From: Bacteroidales bacterium
GTDB taxonomy: Bacteria; Bacteroidota; Bacteroidia; Bacteroidales; F082
DNA: 64,000 bases
Assembly: GCA_029983675.1 (NCBI GenBank)
Contig: JASBYY010000004.1
Span: forward strand, 6,497-70,496
Reading direction: 5' to 3'
Shown piece by piece: positions 10,354 to 19,043 of this stretch (position 1 is the stretch's first letter; each line of letters opens with the position of its first letter). The notes under the pieces are model-generated. The model worked only from the letters and a program-made list of their open reading frames with translations, made no database searches and had not been told where the DNA came from. A program made the position numbers and the translations under genes.

Positions 10354-10442
10354 TTGGTCAACATAACCATATACAGAATGGGCGAGACAATGCCCGGCGC
10401 ACGTCCGTTGCGCAGCTTGGTTAGTTGTCCGTTCAAGATGCC

Positions 10443-11786
10443 CTACAATTCCATGCCATAGAGATGCATCTTGTTGTAGAGTGTCTTTCGGTCGATTTGA
10501 AGCAGTCGGGCCGCAACGGTTTTGTTGCCCCTCGCCTTTTTCAGTGCGGCGACAATCTGTTCCCTTTCGTTTTCGGGATTCAATGCCAAGTCCGGTTCTT
10601 GCGCCGCTGTTTCCTTTATCTCTTTCGCTGGTGCAGCGAACACCGGCAAATCCTCCACTTCCACCTTGTCGCCTTCGGCAAACAGCACACAACGGCGCAC
10701 CACGTTGCGCAGTTCGCGCAGGTTGCCGCTCCAACGTTGCTGCTTAAGCACCGACAAGGCTTCGTCCGAAAATCCTTTCACTTCCTTGTTCAGTTCTTCG
10801 TTGGCCTGACTGACAAAGTAGGTGGCAAATGCCTGCAAATCATCTATCCTTTCGCGCAGCGGCGGCACGTCAAGCGAAAACTCGTTGATACGGTGGTAGA
10901 GGTCCTGGCGGAACCGCCCTTCTGCAATGGCTTTCTCCACATCCTCGTTGGTGGCGGCTATGATACGCACGTCCACGCTCACGTCGGTGGCCGAACCTAC
11001 TGGGCGCACTTTCTGTTCTTGCAAGGCACGCAGCAGCTGCATCTGCACTTCATAAGGAAGGTTGCCCACCTCGTCAAGAAAAACCGTCCCGCCTTTTGCT
11101 TGTTCAAAAACACCTTTTTTGTTGGCAATAGCAGAGGTGAATGAGCCTTTCAAATGCCCAAACAACTCGCTGGGTGCCAATTCTTTGGAAAGACTTCCGC
11201 AATCAACGGCAATAAAAGGCTTGTCCTTGCGCAGACTTCTTTCGTGAATCAGCCTTGCAATATATTCCTTGCCCGTTCCGCTCTCTCCAAGTATCAAAAC
11301 GGAGAACTTGGTCGGGGCAACGAGTTCGATGTGTTTGTACAAGCGTTGGATAAGCCGGCTTTTGCCCATCACCATCTCCCCTTTTTCCTCCGCTTTTCCG
11401 GGTTCTTCCCGCTCCACTTTCGAGGAAAGGGCTGCTTCTATTTTTTCTTCCAATACGGCGGGACTGATGGGCTTTTTCAGATAATCGAAAGCACCGAGTT
11501 TCATTGCGGAAACAGCAGTCTGCACTTCGGCATAGCCTGTCATGACAATAATAGGAACCCTTCTCTTGATATGTTCCCTGACCCAAGCCATCAGCATGAT
11601 ACCGTCGCCATCGGGAAGACGCAGATCGGTAAGAATCAAGTCGAAACTATTTGAGGCAATCTCACGCTTTGCCTGTGCACAACGGGTAGACAAGGTGGCT
11701 TCGAAATCATTCTTCTTGAGCCACGTCTGTATCATGGCACCAAAAGCGGCATCATCTTCAACAATCAATATTTTTCGCATGATCAC
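10443..11786 (-). CDS. Sigma-54-dependent response regulator (NtrC/Fis family)
   Basis: 447 aa. It has a receiver domain (ILIVEDD...DLILTDLRLPDGDG), an AAA+ sigma-54 interaction domain (GESGTGKE, GAFTSA-like loop) and a C-terminal Fis-type HTH (NKTVAARLLQIDRKTLYNKM). Confidence 0.9.
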   Translation of the reverse strand: MIMRKILIVEDDAAFGAMIQTWLKKNDFEATLSTRCAQAKREIASNSFDLILTDLRLPDGDGIMLMAWVREHIKRRVPIIVMTGYAEVQTAVSAMKLGAFDYLKKPISPAVLEEKIEAALSSKVEREEPGKAEEKGEMVMGKSRLIQRLYKHIELVAPTKFSVLILGESGTGKEYIARLIHERSLRKDKPFIAVDCGSLSKELAPSELFGHLKGSFTSAIANKKGVFEQAKGGTVFLDEVGNLPYEVQMQLLRALQEQKVRPVGSATDVSVDVRIIAATNEDVEKAIAEGRFRQDLYHRINEFSLDVPPLRERIDDLQAFATYFVSQANEELNKEVKGFSDEALSVLKQQRWSGNLRELRNVVRRCVLFAEGDKVEVEDLPVFAAPAKEIKETAAQEPDLALNPENEREQIVAALKKARGNKTVAARLLQIDRKTLYNKMHLYGMEL

Positions 11787-11857
11787 ATCTCGATTACGTG
11801 TTGCAAAGATAATGTTTTTTTTCGCTTACTTGCCACTGGGAAACGGTATGTGTGAAT

Positions 11858-11892
11858 AAAAAAGAGCCTCGCTTCGGGGAGAAGCTGAGGCT
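11858..11892 (-). terminator. Rho-independent terminator downstream of the coiled-coil lipoprotein gene
   Basis: AGCCTCGCTTC-GGGGA-GAAGC(T)GAGGCT forms a hairpin. The plus-strand A-run at 11857-11863 gives a T-run after the hairpin on the minus strand. Confidence 0.55.
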
Positions 11893-11919
11893 ACTTAAAA
11901 TTGAAAACGAGCAGAAATT

Positions 11920-12789
11920 TTATTTGATCGCGACGACCAAATAATTGGACACCTTCCAGAAGGCCTCGGTGTTAGTGATTTCAAGCGTAAGCATTTCATC
12001 TTCACCATTAACGAGATTATAGGAACCTTCAGGATGACTTGTCATAATTGTAGCTTTTTTAGTATTCAGCGGAATGGAGGTTAAAGTTCTCCTATCAGCC
12101 TGCACAAACACATTGCTGTCAGAGAAATTCTGGGGCTGCAACTTCTTCGATTTGAAGAGGCCACCATTTGTCAGAATACCCATTTCCACCATGTTCTTTG
12201 GAGTGGCGGCTATGTACCACACCGTGTTCATGCTGGCATCCTGCGTCTTGATCACAGCTTGCTGGGCGGCATTCTGCACACCGAGTGTCTGAATGGTGTC
12301 GTTCAGGGTGATAACTTGTTCGTTCAGAGCAGTTATCTGTTCCTTACCAGCCTGCACTTCGGCCATCAGATTATTAATGAATGTGTCTTTTTCAGCAATT
12401 TCGTTTTTCAGACGGGCAATGGTTGCTCCCAATGCCTTGGATTTTGAACCTTGTTCGTTAAGGCGTTTCTCCAAATCCTCAATTTTGGTTCTGTTTTCCT
12501 GCAAGGTGTTCTGCAAGGCGTTGATTTGCGACAAAGCGCGCTTTTTATTGCCCTCCTGGTTGTCAACCATGATAATGCCTTCAGCTGCCCGAACCTGGTC
12601 CAAAGCCTGTTCGATTTCGTTGATAGCGCTCAAGGTGGAATCGAATTCATTATTCACATTTTCGTATTGCAAGGCAATGGAATCTCTTTCTGCAAGAAGA
12701 GTCTGATACTGACGTGACTTTTCTACACATGATGTGACTCCCAATAAAAACATTGCACTTACTGCGATTATAAAAACATTCTTTCTCAT
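11920..12789 (-). CDS. Coiled-coil lipoprotein, function unknown
   Basis: 289 aa with a lipoprotein signal (LLGVTSC). A long heptad-like Q/E/L/N-rich segment is followed by a globular C-terminus. Confidence 0.6.
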   Translation of the reverse strand: MRKNVFIIAVSAMFLLGVTSCVEKSRQYQTLLAERDSIALQYENVNNEFDSTLSAINEIEQALDQVRAAEGIIMVDNQEGNKKRALSQINALQNTLQENRTKIEDLEKRLNEQGSKSKALGATIARLKNEIAEKDTFINNLMAEVQAGKEQITALNEQVITLNDTIQTLGVQNAAQQAVIKTQDASMNTVWYIAATPKNMVEMGILTNGGLFKSKKLQPQNFSDSNVFVQADRRTLTSIPLNTKKATIMTSHPEGSYNLVNGEDEMLTLEITNTEAFWKVSNYLVVAIK

Positions 12790-12991
12790 AAAAATACACT
12801 TTTAATTATCGCCCCTCATGAGAGCATTTATTATGCCAAATCATTATTTGAAATACAAATACTTGATAATTAAATATTTGCAATACTAAATCCAAAAGAA
12901 TACCACTGTGGAATTGTGTGGAAAACCGTGGCAAAACGACATTGGGATGCGGAAAAAGTGTGCATTGAAAATTTCCACAATACACATTCCC

Positions 12992-13813
12992 TTATAAATA
13001 AACAAGTTCGGTCTGCTTGAAACGCGGCAGCGGAAAGATAGAAACGTTGGGCGAAATGCCTACGCGGTGTTTCCGCAACTGCTGGTAAACCGACCGCAAC
13101 GCCAATTCAGGCGTGTTGTTGTTTCGGCTCAAATGGCAAAGCATGATGTTCTTGATGTCGGGACGGTACAATTCGGCGATGCAGTTTCCAGCCTCGGTGT
13201 TCGACAAATGCCCGAAAGGACCGGCAATGCGCCGTTTCAAAATATAGGGATAACCGCCTTCGTGCAACATCTTGGTGTCGTAATTGGCCTCCAAGACGAT
13301 GGAGTCGGATTTTTTCAGATAGCGCTTCACCACGGTATCGAGTACGCCCACGTCGGTGGCTATGGTCAGCGTGTGGTTTTCCAACCTGAAGTGGTATCCC
13401 AGCGTGCCGTTGCCGTCGTGCATCACCGGAAACGACTCGATGTGGATGTCGCATATCTCAAAAGACTGCTCCGCCTCAATGGGACGGAACAGTGTCACGT
13501 CCATCGTCTTCGTGCTTTTACCGACAGAAAGTCCTTGCAAGCACGCGGGATGGGCATACACGGGAATATTAAAGGCTTTGGCGGTTGCCCCGAGACCTTT
13601 GATGTGGTCGATATGGTCGTGAGTGACCAATATCGCCTTGACTTGCGACAAATGGATGTCAACACGGCTCAGGCGGCGTTTGATCTGCGACAGGCTGATG
13701 CCCGCATCTACCAATACCCCTTCGTCGTGCTTGCCCACATAATAACAGTTGCCACTGCTGCCGCTGGCCAAGCTACAAAACACAAAAGGCGATAAGCACG
13801 AAAACAGGTCCAT
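12992..13813 (-). CDS. MBL-fold metallo-hydrolase
   Basis: 273 aa with the metallo-beta-lactamase motif VTHDHIDH and downstream His/Asp ligands. Confidence 0.8.
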   Translation of the reverse strand: MDLFSCLSPFVFCSLASGSSGNCYYVGKHDEGVLVDAGISLSQIKRRLSRVDIHLSQVKAILVTHDHIDHIKGLGATAKAFNIPVYAHPACLQGLSVGKSTKTMDVTLFRPIEAEQSFEICDIHIESFPVMHDGNGTLGYHFRLENHTLTIATDVGVLDTVVKRYLKKSDSIVLEANYDTKMLHEGGYPYILKRRIAGPFGHLSNTEAGNCIAELYRPDIKNIMLCHLSRNNNTPELALRSVYQQLRKHRVGISPNVSIFPLPRFKQTELVYL

Positions 13814-13885
13814 GCGGCAAAATTAGGCGAAAAAGCGACAGGTTCAGACAGAAAGTTTCGTATTTTTGCCCAAAATCATACCGCC

Positions 13886-14917
13886 ATGCCAAACAACACT
13901 TTCGATCCCAACGCAGCCGCCCTTTCCGGGTCAGGCATTTACGGACTTCCTTGCGGCTCCGATGAAGCACAAATCATCATCATCCCTGTGGAATGGGAAC
14001 TCACCACAAGTTACAACCGCGGCACCGTTGACGGCCCTGCCGCCGTGTTGGAGGCCTCCATGCAGGTGGATCTTTGCCATCACGACTATCCCGACCTATG
14101 GCAAAAAGGCATTTGGATGGACCGCTTTCCCGAAGCTCTTCGTGCCGTGCACGACAGCCTGATTCCCGTCAGCGAACGCATTATCGAAGGCATTGAGACG
14201 GGAGAAACGGAAACAAACCCGGAGCTTTTTGCTCCGATGTACCGTGACATCAAGATGGCAACGGAAAAGAAAGACGAATGGCTGCGCAGCCGTATCGCCC
14301 ATTGGAAATCGAAAGGTAAGGTTGTCGGCCTGTTGGGCGGCGACCACAGCATCCCCCTCGCCTATCATCAGTATCTGCATCAGGAAGGTGTGGAATACGG
14401 CATACTCCACGCCGATGCCCATCTTGATTTGCGAGAGGCGTTTGAAGGATTTGAGTATTCACACGCCTCGATATTCCATAATACGCTGAAATTCGGCAAT
14501 GTAAAAAAACTCGTTCAAGTCGCCATCCGCGACTACTGTCACCAAGAACGTGATTTAACGGTAAGCCAACCCGAACGGATCAAGGTGTTTTATGACCGCG
14601 ACATGCGCCGCCGCCTTTATGAGGGTGAATCCTTTAAACACATTGTAGATGAAATAGTTGCAGCATTACCCGTCAAGGTTTATCTTTCCATCGACATCGA
14701 TGCCCTTGACCCCAAGCTCTGCCCCAATACCGGAACCCCCGTGCCGGGCGGCATGGAATACGAAGAGCTTTGCTACCTCCTCAACCGCATCAAGGAAAGT
14801 GGAAAGGAAGTCGTTGGCTTCGACTTATGCGAGGTGTCGCCGGGCGACAATGACTGGGACGGCAACGTGAGCGCACGAATGCTGTTTCACCTCTGCGGCG
14901 TAGCGGCAAGAGATTAA
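13886..14917 (+). CDS. Ureohydrolase (arginase/agmatinase/formimidoylglutamase family)
   Basis: 343 aa with the Mn-binding motifs GGDHSI, DAHLDLR and SIDIDALDP, which are characteristic of the arginase family. Confidence 0.8.
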   Translation: MPNNTFDPNAAALSGSGIYGLPCGSDEAQIIIIPVEWELTTSYNRGTVDGPAAVLEASMQVDLCHHDYPDLWQKGIWMDRFPEALRAVHDSLIPVSERIIEGIETGETETNPELFAPMYRDIKMATEKKDEWLRSRIAHWKSKGKVVGLLGGDHSIPLAYHQYLHQEGVEYGILHADAHLDLREAFEGFEYSHASIFHNTLKFGNVKKLVQVAIRDYCHQERDLTVSQPERIKVFYDRDMRRRLYEGESFKHIVDEIVAALPVKVYLSIDIDALDPKLCPNTGTPVPGGMEYEELCYLLNRIKESGKEVVGFDLCEVSPGDNDWDGNVSARMLFHLCGVAARD

Positions 14918-14954
14918 AAGACCTTTGAAATGACCATCAACAAATACTATCATT

Positions 14955-15344
14955 ATGAATACTGAGAGAATCACCCCGAGATTTATCGATACGTTGAAAG
15001 AAAACGAGATTTTTGTTTTCGGAAGCAATTTGGAAGGCGCACATGGCGGTGGCGCCGCCCGCAAGGCCTACCGGGATTTCGGCGCACAGTGGGGTGTAGG
15101 TGTCGGCATGACCGGCCGATGCTATGCCATTCCCACCATGCAAGGCTCCGTTGACACCATCAAACCCTATGTGGATGATTTTATCGACTATGCGGCGGCA
15201 CATCCCGAACTCCATTTTTTAGTCACACGGATCGGATGCGGCATTGCCGGCTTCAGCGACGAAGAGATTGCGCCCTTGTTTCAGGCAGCCATTGAAATGA
15301 AAAATGTATCTTTGCCGTCGAGTTTTCGTGAAATAATACAATAA
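14955..15344 (+). CDS. Conserved hypothetical protein
   Basis: 129 aa. The motif IFVFGSNLEGAHGGGAA recurs in a small conserved family of unknown function. No specific function is assigned. Confidence 0.55.
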   Translation: MNTERITPRFIDTLKENEIFVFGSNLEGAHGGGAARKAYRDFGAQWGVGVGMTGRCYAIPTMQGSVDTIKPYVDDFIDYAAAHPELHFLVTRIGCGIAGFSDEEIAPLFQAAIEMKNVSLPSSFREIIQ

Positions 15345-15350
15345 ATCATC

Positions 15351-16544
15351 ATGAGAAGAATAATCAATAGCCTGTTAGACAATGATTTATATACATTTAG
15401 CGTTTGTTATGCCTATCTGAGAAAGTTTTCGCGCGCCCTCGGTCAATATACGTTCGTCGATCGCAACAACTCGGTGTATCCGAAAGGTTTCGCCGAAAAG
15501 TTAAAGGAGCAGTTCAAGATGATTGAAGAATTACGCTTGAGTGATGAGGAGCTTGGCTTCATGCGTAACAAGTGCTACTACTTCCCGAATTGGTTCTTCA
15601 CGTTTTTAAAAGGCTTTTCGATGGATTCCTCCGAGCTTGACATTGCTCAGGACGAGGAAGGCCATCTTCACATCTCGGTATCGGGATATCTCTGGCGTAC
15701 TGTGTTTTGGGAAATGCCCATCCTTTCGACCATTTCGGAACTCAGCCATGAACTCAGAGGCGAATTCGCCCATTACAACCGCGAACACGAATATCAGAAA
15801 TCATTCAACAAGGCTTGCCGTCTGATTGAAAACGGCGTCAAGTTCTCCGACTTCGGCACCCGCCGTCGTTTCTCATTTGAACACCAGGATATGGTCATCC
15901 AATCGTTCGTCGAGGCACAGAAAAAATACGACAAGGTGGGCTTTGTCGGCTCGTCCAACGTTTTGCTTGCCCACAAGTACAACATCACGCCCATCGGCAC
16001 CATGAGTCATCAGTTTATCGAGACCTGCTCGCTGTTCGGCTACACCGAAGCCAACTATATCGCCATGGATTACTGGCAAGAAGTGTATGCCGGCAACTTG
16101 GGCATCTACCTATACGACACCTATACGCGCGATGCGTTTTTCAAAAACTTCACCGTGCTGCACGCCAAGTTGTTTGACGGGCTGCGAGTGGATAGCGGCG
16201 ACAATGTGGAAGCCTTGGAAGCCATTATCGGCAAATACAAGGAACTCGGTATCGATCCAAGTGTGAAAAGCATTGTTTTCAGCAACTCGCTCAACGTGGA
16301 CGAAGCCATTGCACTGCACCACACTGTGAACAACCGTATGAAAGACTCTTATGGCATCGGCACACACTTCACCTGCGACGTGGACAACGCTGAACCGATG
16401 AACATTGTCGTGAAGCTCACCGCTGCAAAGATCACCGAAAAGCGCAATTGGAAGAAAGTGGTCAAACTCAGCGACGACCTCGGCAAATACACCGGCGATC
16501 CGGAGGAGATTGAAATTTGCAGGAAGACTTTACAGATTGAGTGA
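15351..16544 (+). CDS. pncB: Nicotinate phosphoribosyltransferase
   Basis: 397 aa. The N-terminus LLDNDLYTFSVCYAY and the central FGTRRR motif are typical of PncB. Confidence 0.85.
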   Translation: MRRIINSLLDNDLYTFSVCYAYLRKFSRALGQYTFVDRNNSVYPKGFAEKLKEQFKMIEELRLSDEELGFMRNKCYYFPNWFFTFLKGFSMDSSELDIAQDEEGHLHISVSGYLWRTVFWEMPILSTISELSHELRGEFAHYNREHEYQKSFNKACRLIENGVKFSDFGTRRRFSFEHQDMVIQSFVEAQKKYDKVGFVGSSNVLLAHKYNITPIGTMSHQFIETCSLFGYTEANYIAMDYWQEVYAGNLGIYLYDTYTRDAFFKNFTVLHAKLFDGLRVDSGDNVEALEAIIGKYKELGIDPSVKSIVFSNSLNVDEAIALHHTVNNRMKDSYGIGTHFTCDVDNAEPMNIVVKLTAAKITEKRNWKKVVKLSDDLGKYTGDPEEIEICRKTLQIE

Positions 16545-16954
16545 TAGACTCACTCCTTGCCTCTGGACACTTTCGAACCTATGGTAATGAAAACACCAAT
16601 AATCACTGCGATAACAAGCATCATTAAAGAAAACAACAGCACTTTATTGCCATTGATATTTCTTCATAATAGCAAGGAAAATATAAACTACTACAGCACC
16701 TAAGTAGCCGGCAGTATGTTCCTTGAGTCCATTCTTCTGATCTTTGGATAATTGCATGATGACAAAGTTTGTTTTCCACGTGCAATAATAGGAAAATTTC
16801 CAACGCAGGGTTGGAACCGATACTTCGTCCCATCATCGGGATACATTTCTTCGGGAAAAAGCTTCCTTGTTTTGCCTCATGAGGAATATGATTCAATCAT
16901 GATGAAAATCACGCATATAGAAAAATACAAGGTTTGGATTTTCCGTTTTGCTTG

Positions 16955-18982
16955 TTATGAAAAAGTCTGTCGCCATCCACAGCCTTCTTTCCATTCCGAA
17001 CAGCCGTAAGCCGTCTTTCCTTTGATGATCTTGCCCTTTCCACAGAGCGGACAAGGCTGCCCAATCAATGTGTCGGATGGTGCTAAAACACCACTTGTTT
17101 CTGTTTTTTGTGTTGCAGCAGGTTTCTTTACCGCTTTCTTTCCCGACAGTTTGCTTCCTTTGCCTGCTTTGGGCTGGACTTCGGGTGCGGCGGCTACTCG
17201 CCGGTTTCTGTTGTCGCTAATCACAGTAGCAACAATATCGCTCACCATTTTTTTCATCTCTTCCAAAAACTGGCGCGCTTCGTATTTACGCCGCTCTATT
17301 TCGCGCAGTTTCTTCTCCCAGATACCTGTCAGTTCGGCGCTTTTCAACAAATCTTCGTGTATCAGCCCTATCAACTCAATGCCCGTTTGTGTCGGGATGA
17401 GGTTTTTGCGTTCCTTGCGGATGTACTGCCGCCGGAACAGGGTTTCAATAATGGCGGCGCGTGTCGATGGTCGCCCGATGCCGTTTTCTTTCAATGCCTC
17501 ACGCAACGTTTCGTCTTCCACCGACCTGCCCGCCGTTTCCATGGCACGCAGCAATGTGGCCTCCGTAAACAGTTTCGGAGGCGAGGTCTGTTTCTCAGCC
17601 AAACTCGGCTGATGGGGGCCGTGCTCTCCTTTGACGAAAGCCGGCAAGGTTTTTTCTTCGTCCTTATCCTCCCCTTTCTCATCATCGGAGGGCTTGACGG
17701 GCTTTATCACCACGCGCCATCCCTCCTGTAGAATCTGCTTTCCCGTCGTCTTGAACGCCACCTCCTCCACTTTGCCCATCACCGTGGTGGTCGAAAAAAC
17801 ACAGTCGGGATAAAAGCAGGCGATAAAGTGACGGCACACCTCGTCATACACTTTCGATTCGGGCACGGAGAGGTTGCCGGGAAGCACCCCGGTAGGAATA
17901 ATGGCATGATGGTCGGTGACCTTGCTGTTGTCGAACACCTTTTTGCTCTTGGGCAGTTTCTTGCCCATCAACGATGCAGTCAGTTCGGCATACGGGGTCA
18001 GGTTTTGCAGGATTTCAAGGCATTTCGGATAAATATCGTCGCTCAAATAAGTGGTATCGACACGGGGATAGGTGGTGTATTTCTTTTCGTAAAGGCTTTG
18101 AATGGTCTGCAAGGTCTGATCTGCCGAATAGCCGTATTTCCGGTTGCATTCCACCTGCAATGAGGTCAAGTCGAACAAACGCGGCGGAGCCTCCTTACCC
18201 TTCCTCGTTTCAATATCTGTCACCGTAAACTCCTTTCCAATAACACTTTGCAAATCAGCTTGGCCTTCTTCTTCCGACGGATATTTTCCTTTTACCGCTG
18301 TAAAAACGGTATCGCGATAGATGGTGGATAGCGCCCAGTATGGCGTAGGCTTAAAGTTCTGTATTTCAAGGTAACGGTTCACGACCAACGCCAAGGTAGG
18401 GGTTTGCACCCTTCCGACAGACAGCACTTGGCGGTTTTGGCCGTATTTCAACGTGTAAAGCCGAGTGGCATTCATTCCCAACAGCCAGTCGCCGATGGCA
18501 CGCGAAAGACCCGCCTCGTATAACGACTGATACTCCGACTGGTCTTTGAGCGCCTCGAAACCCTGCCGGATAGAGGCTTCGGTTAGCGAAGATATCCACA
18601 GCCGTTGCACGGGACAAGTGACCTTGGCCTTCTGCATCACCCAGCGTTGTATCAACTCCCCTTCTTGTCCGGCATCACCACAGTTGACAATGCGGTCGGC
18701 CTTCTGCATAAGCGATTCGATGACACGGAACTGTTTTTCGATGGACTTCTCTCCTATCAGTTTGATACCGAAACGTTCGGGAATCATCGGAAGACGGATC
18801 AGCGTCCAATGTTTCCATTCGGGGAAATAGTCGTGCGGCTCTTTCAGAGTGCACAAATGCCCGAACGTCCAGGTTACCTGGTAGCCGTTTCCTTCCATAT
18901 AGCCGTCGTGCGGCTGGGTGGCTCCCAGCACGAGGGCAATGTCTTTGGCGACACTCGGTTTTTCGGCGATGCAGACGATCAT
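16955..18982 (-). CDS. topB: DNA topoisomerase III
   Basis: It has a Toprim N-terminus (MIVCIAEKPSVAKDIA), a type IA core and a C-terminal Cys4 zinc ribbon (CPLCGKG...CSEWKEGC). The ORF extends to 19003, but the ATG at 18982 is the likelier start. Confidence 0.9.
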   Translation of the reverse strand: MIVCIAEKPSVAKDIALVLGATQPHDGYMEGNGYQVTWTFGHLCTLKEPHDYFPEWKHWTLIRLPMIPERFGIKLIGEKSIEKQFRVIESLMQKADRIVNCGDAGQEGELIQRWVMQKAKVTCPVQRLWISSLTEASIRQGFEALKDQSEYQSLYEAGLSRAIGDWLLGMNATRLYTLKYGQNRQVLSVGRVQTPTLALVVNRYLEIQNFKPTPYWALSTIYRDTVFTAVKGKYPSEEEGQADLQSVIGKEFTVTDIETRKGKEAPPRLFDLTSLQVECNRKYGYSADQTLQTIQSLYEKKYTTYPRVDTTYLSDDIYPKCLEILQNLTPYAELTASLMGKKLPKSKKVFDNSKVTDHHAIIPTGVLPGNLSVPESKVYDEVCRHFIACFYPDCVFSTTTVMGKVEEVAFKTTGKQILQEGWRVVIKPVKPSDDEKGEDKDEEKTLPAFVKGEHGPHQPSLAEKQTSPPKLFTEATLLRAMETAGRSVEDETLREALKENGIGRPSTRAAIIETLFRRQYIRKERKNLIPTQTGIELIGLIHEDLLKSAELTGIWEKKLREIERRKYEARQFLEEMKKMVSDIVATVISDNRNRRVAAAPEVQPKAGKGSKLSGKKAVKKPAATQKTETSGVLAPSDTLIGQPCPLCGKGKIIKGKTAYGCSEWKEGCGWRQTFS

Positions 18983-19043
18983 AATCGGGCAAAAGTACGA
19001 CATTTTTCAGTATATTTGCGCCCAAGAAAAGGACTGCTTTTTC

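Noticed and set aside
12960-12980. Sigma-54 (-24/-12) promoter candidate TGGAAATTTTCAATGCA on the minus strand upstream of the lipoprotein gene
   Set aside because: The GG-to-GC spacing is one nucleotide longer than the TGGCAC-N5-TTGCA consensus, and the -24 element is TGGAAA rather than TGGCAC. It is too weak to call.
13067-13795. Long antisense ORFs within known genes (13067-13795, 10425-11144, 58670-59392, 39948-40583, 17108-17731, 8426-9055 and 21724-22305, among others)
   Set aside because: Each lies opposite an ORF with clear family signatures (MBL hydrolase, NtrC, M13 peptidase, nucleoside permease, TopB, NSS transporter, CPA2). They have Arg/His/Gly-rich or low-complexity translations typical of non-coding frames.
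18918-19043. Upstream extension of the NhaP2-type antiporter ORF, and the 19003 start of topB
   Set aside because: The extension overlaps the divergent topB 5' end and encodes non-membrane junk before the first TM segment. The internal ATGs at 19044 and 18982 give canonical N-termini.
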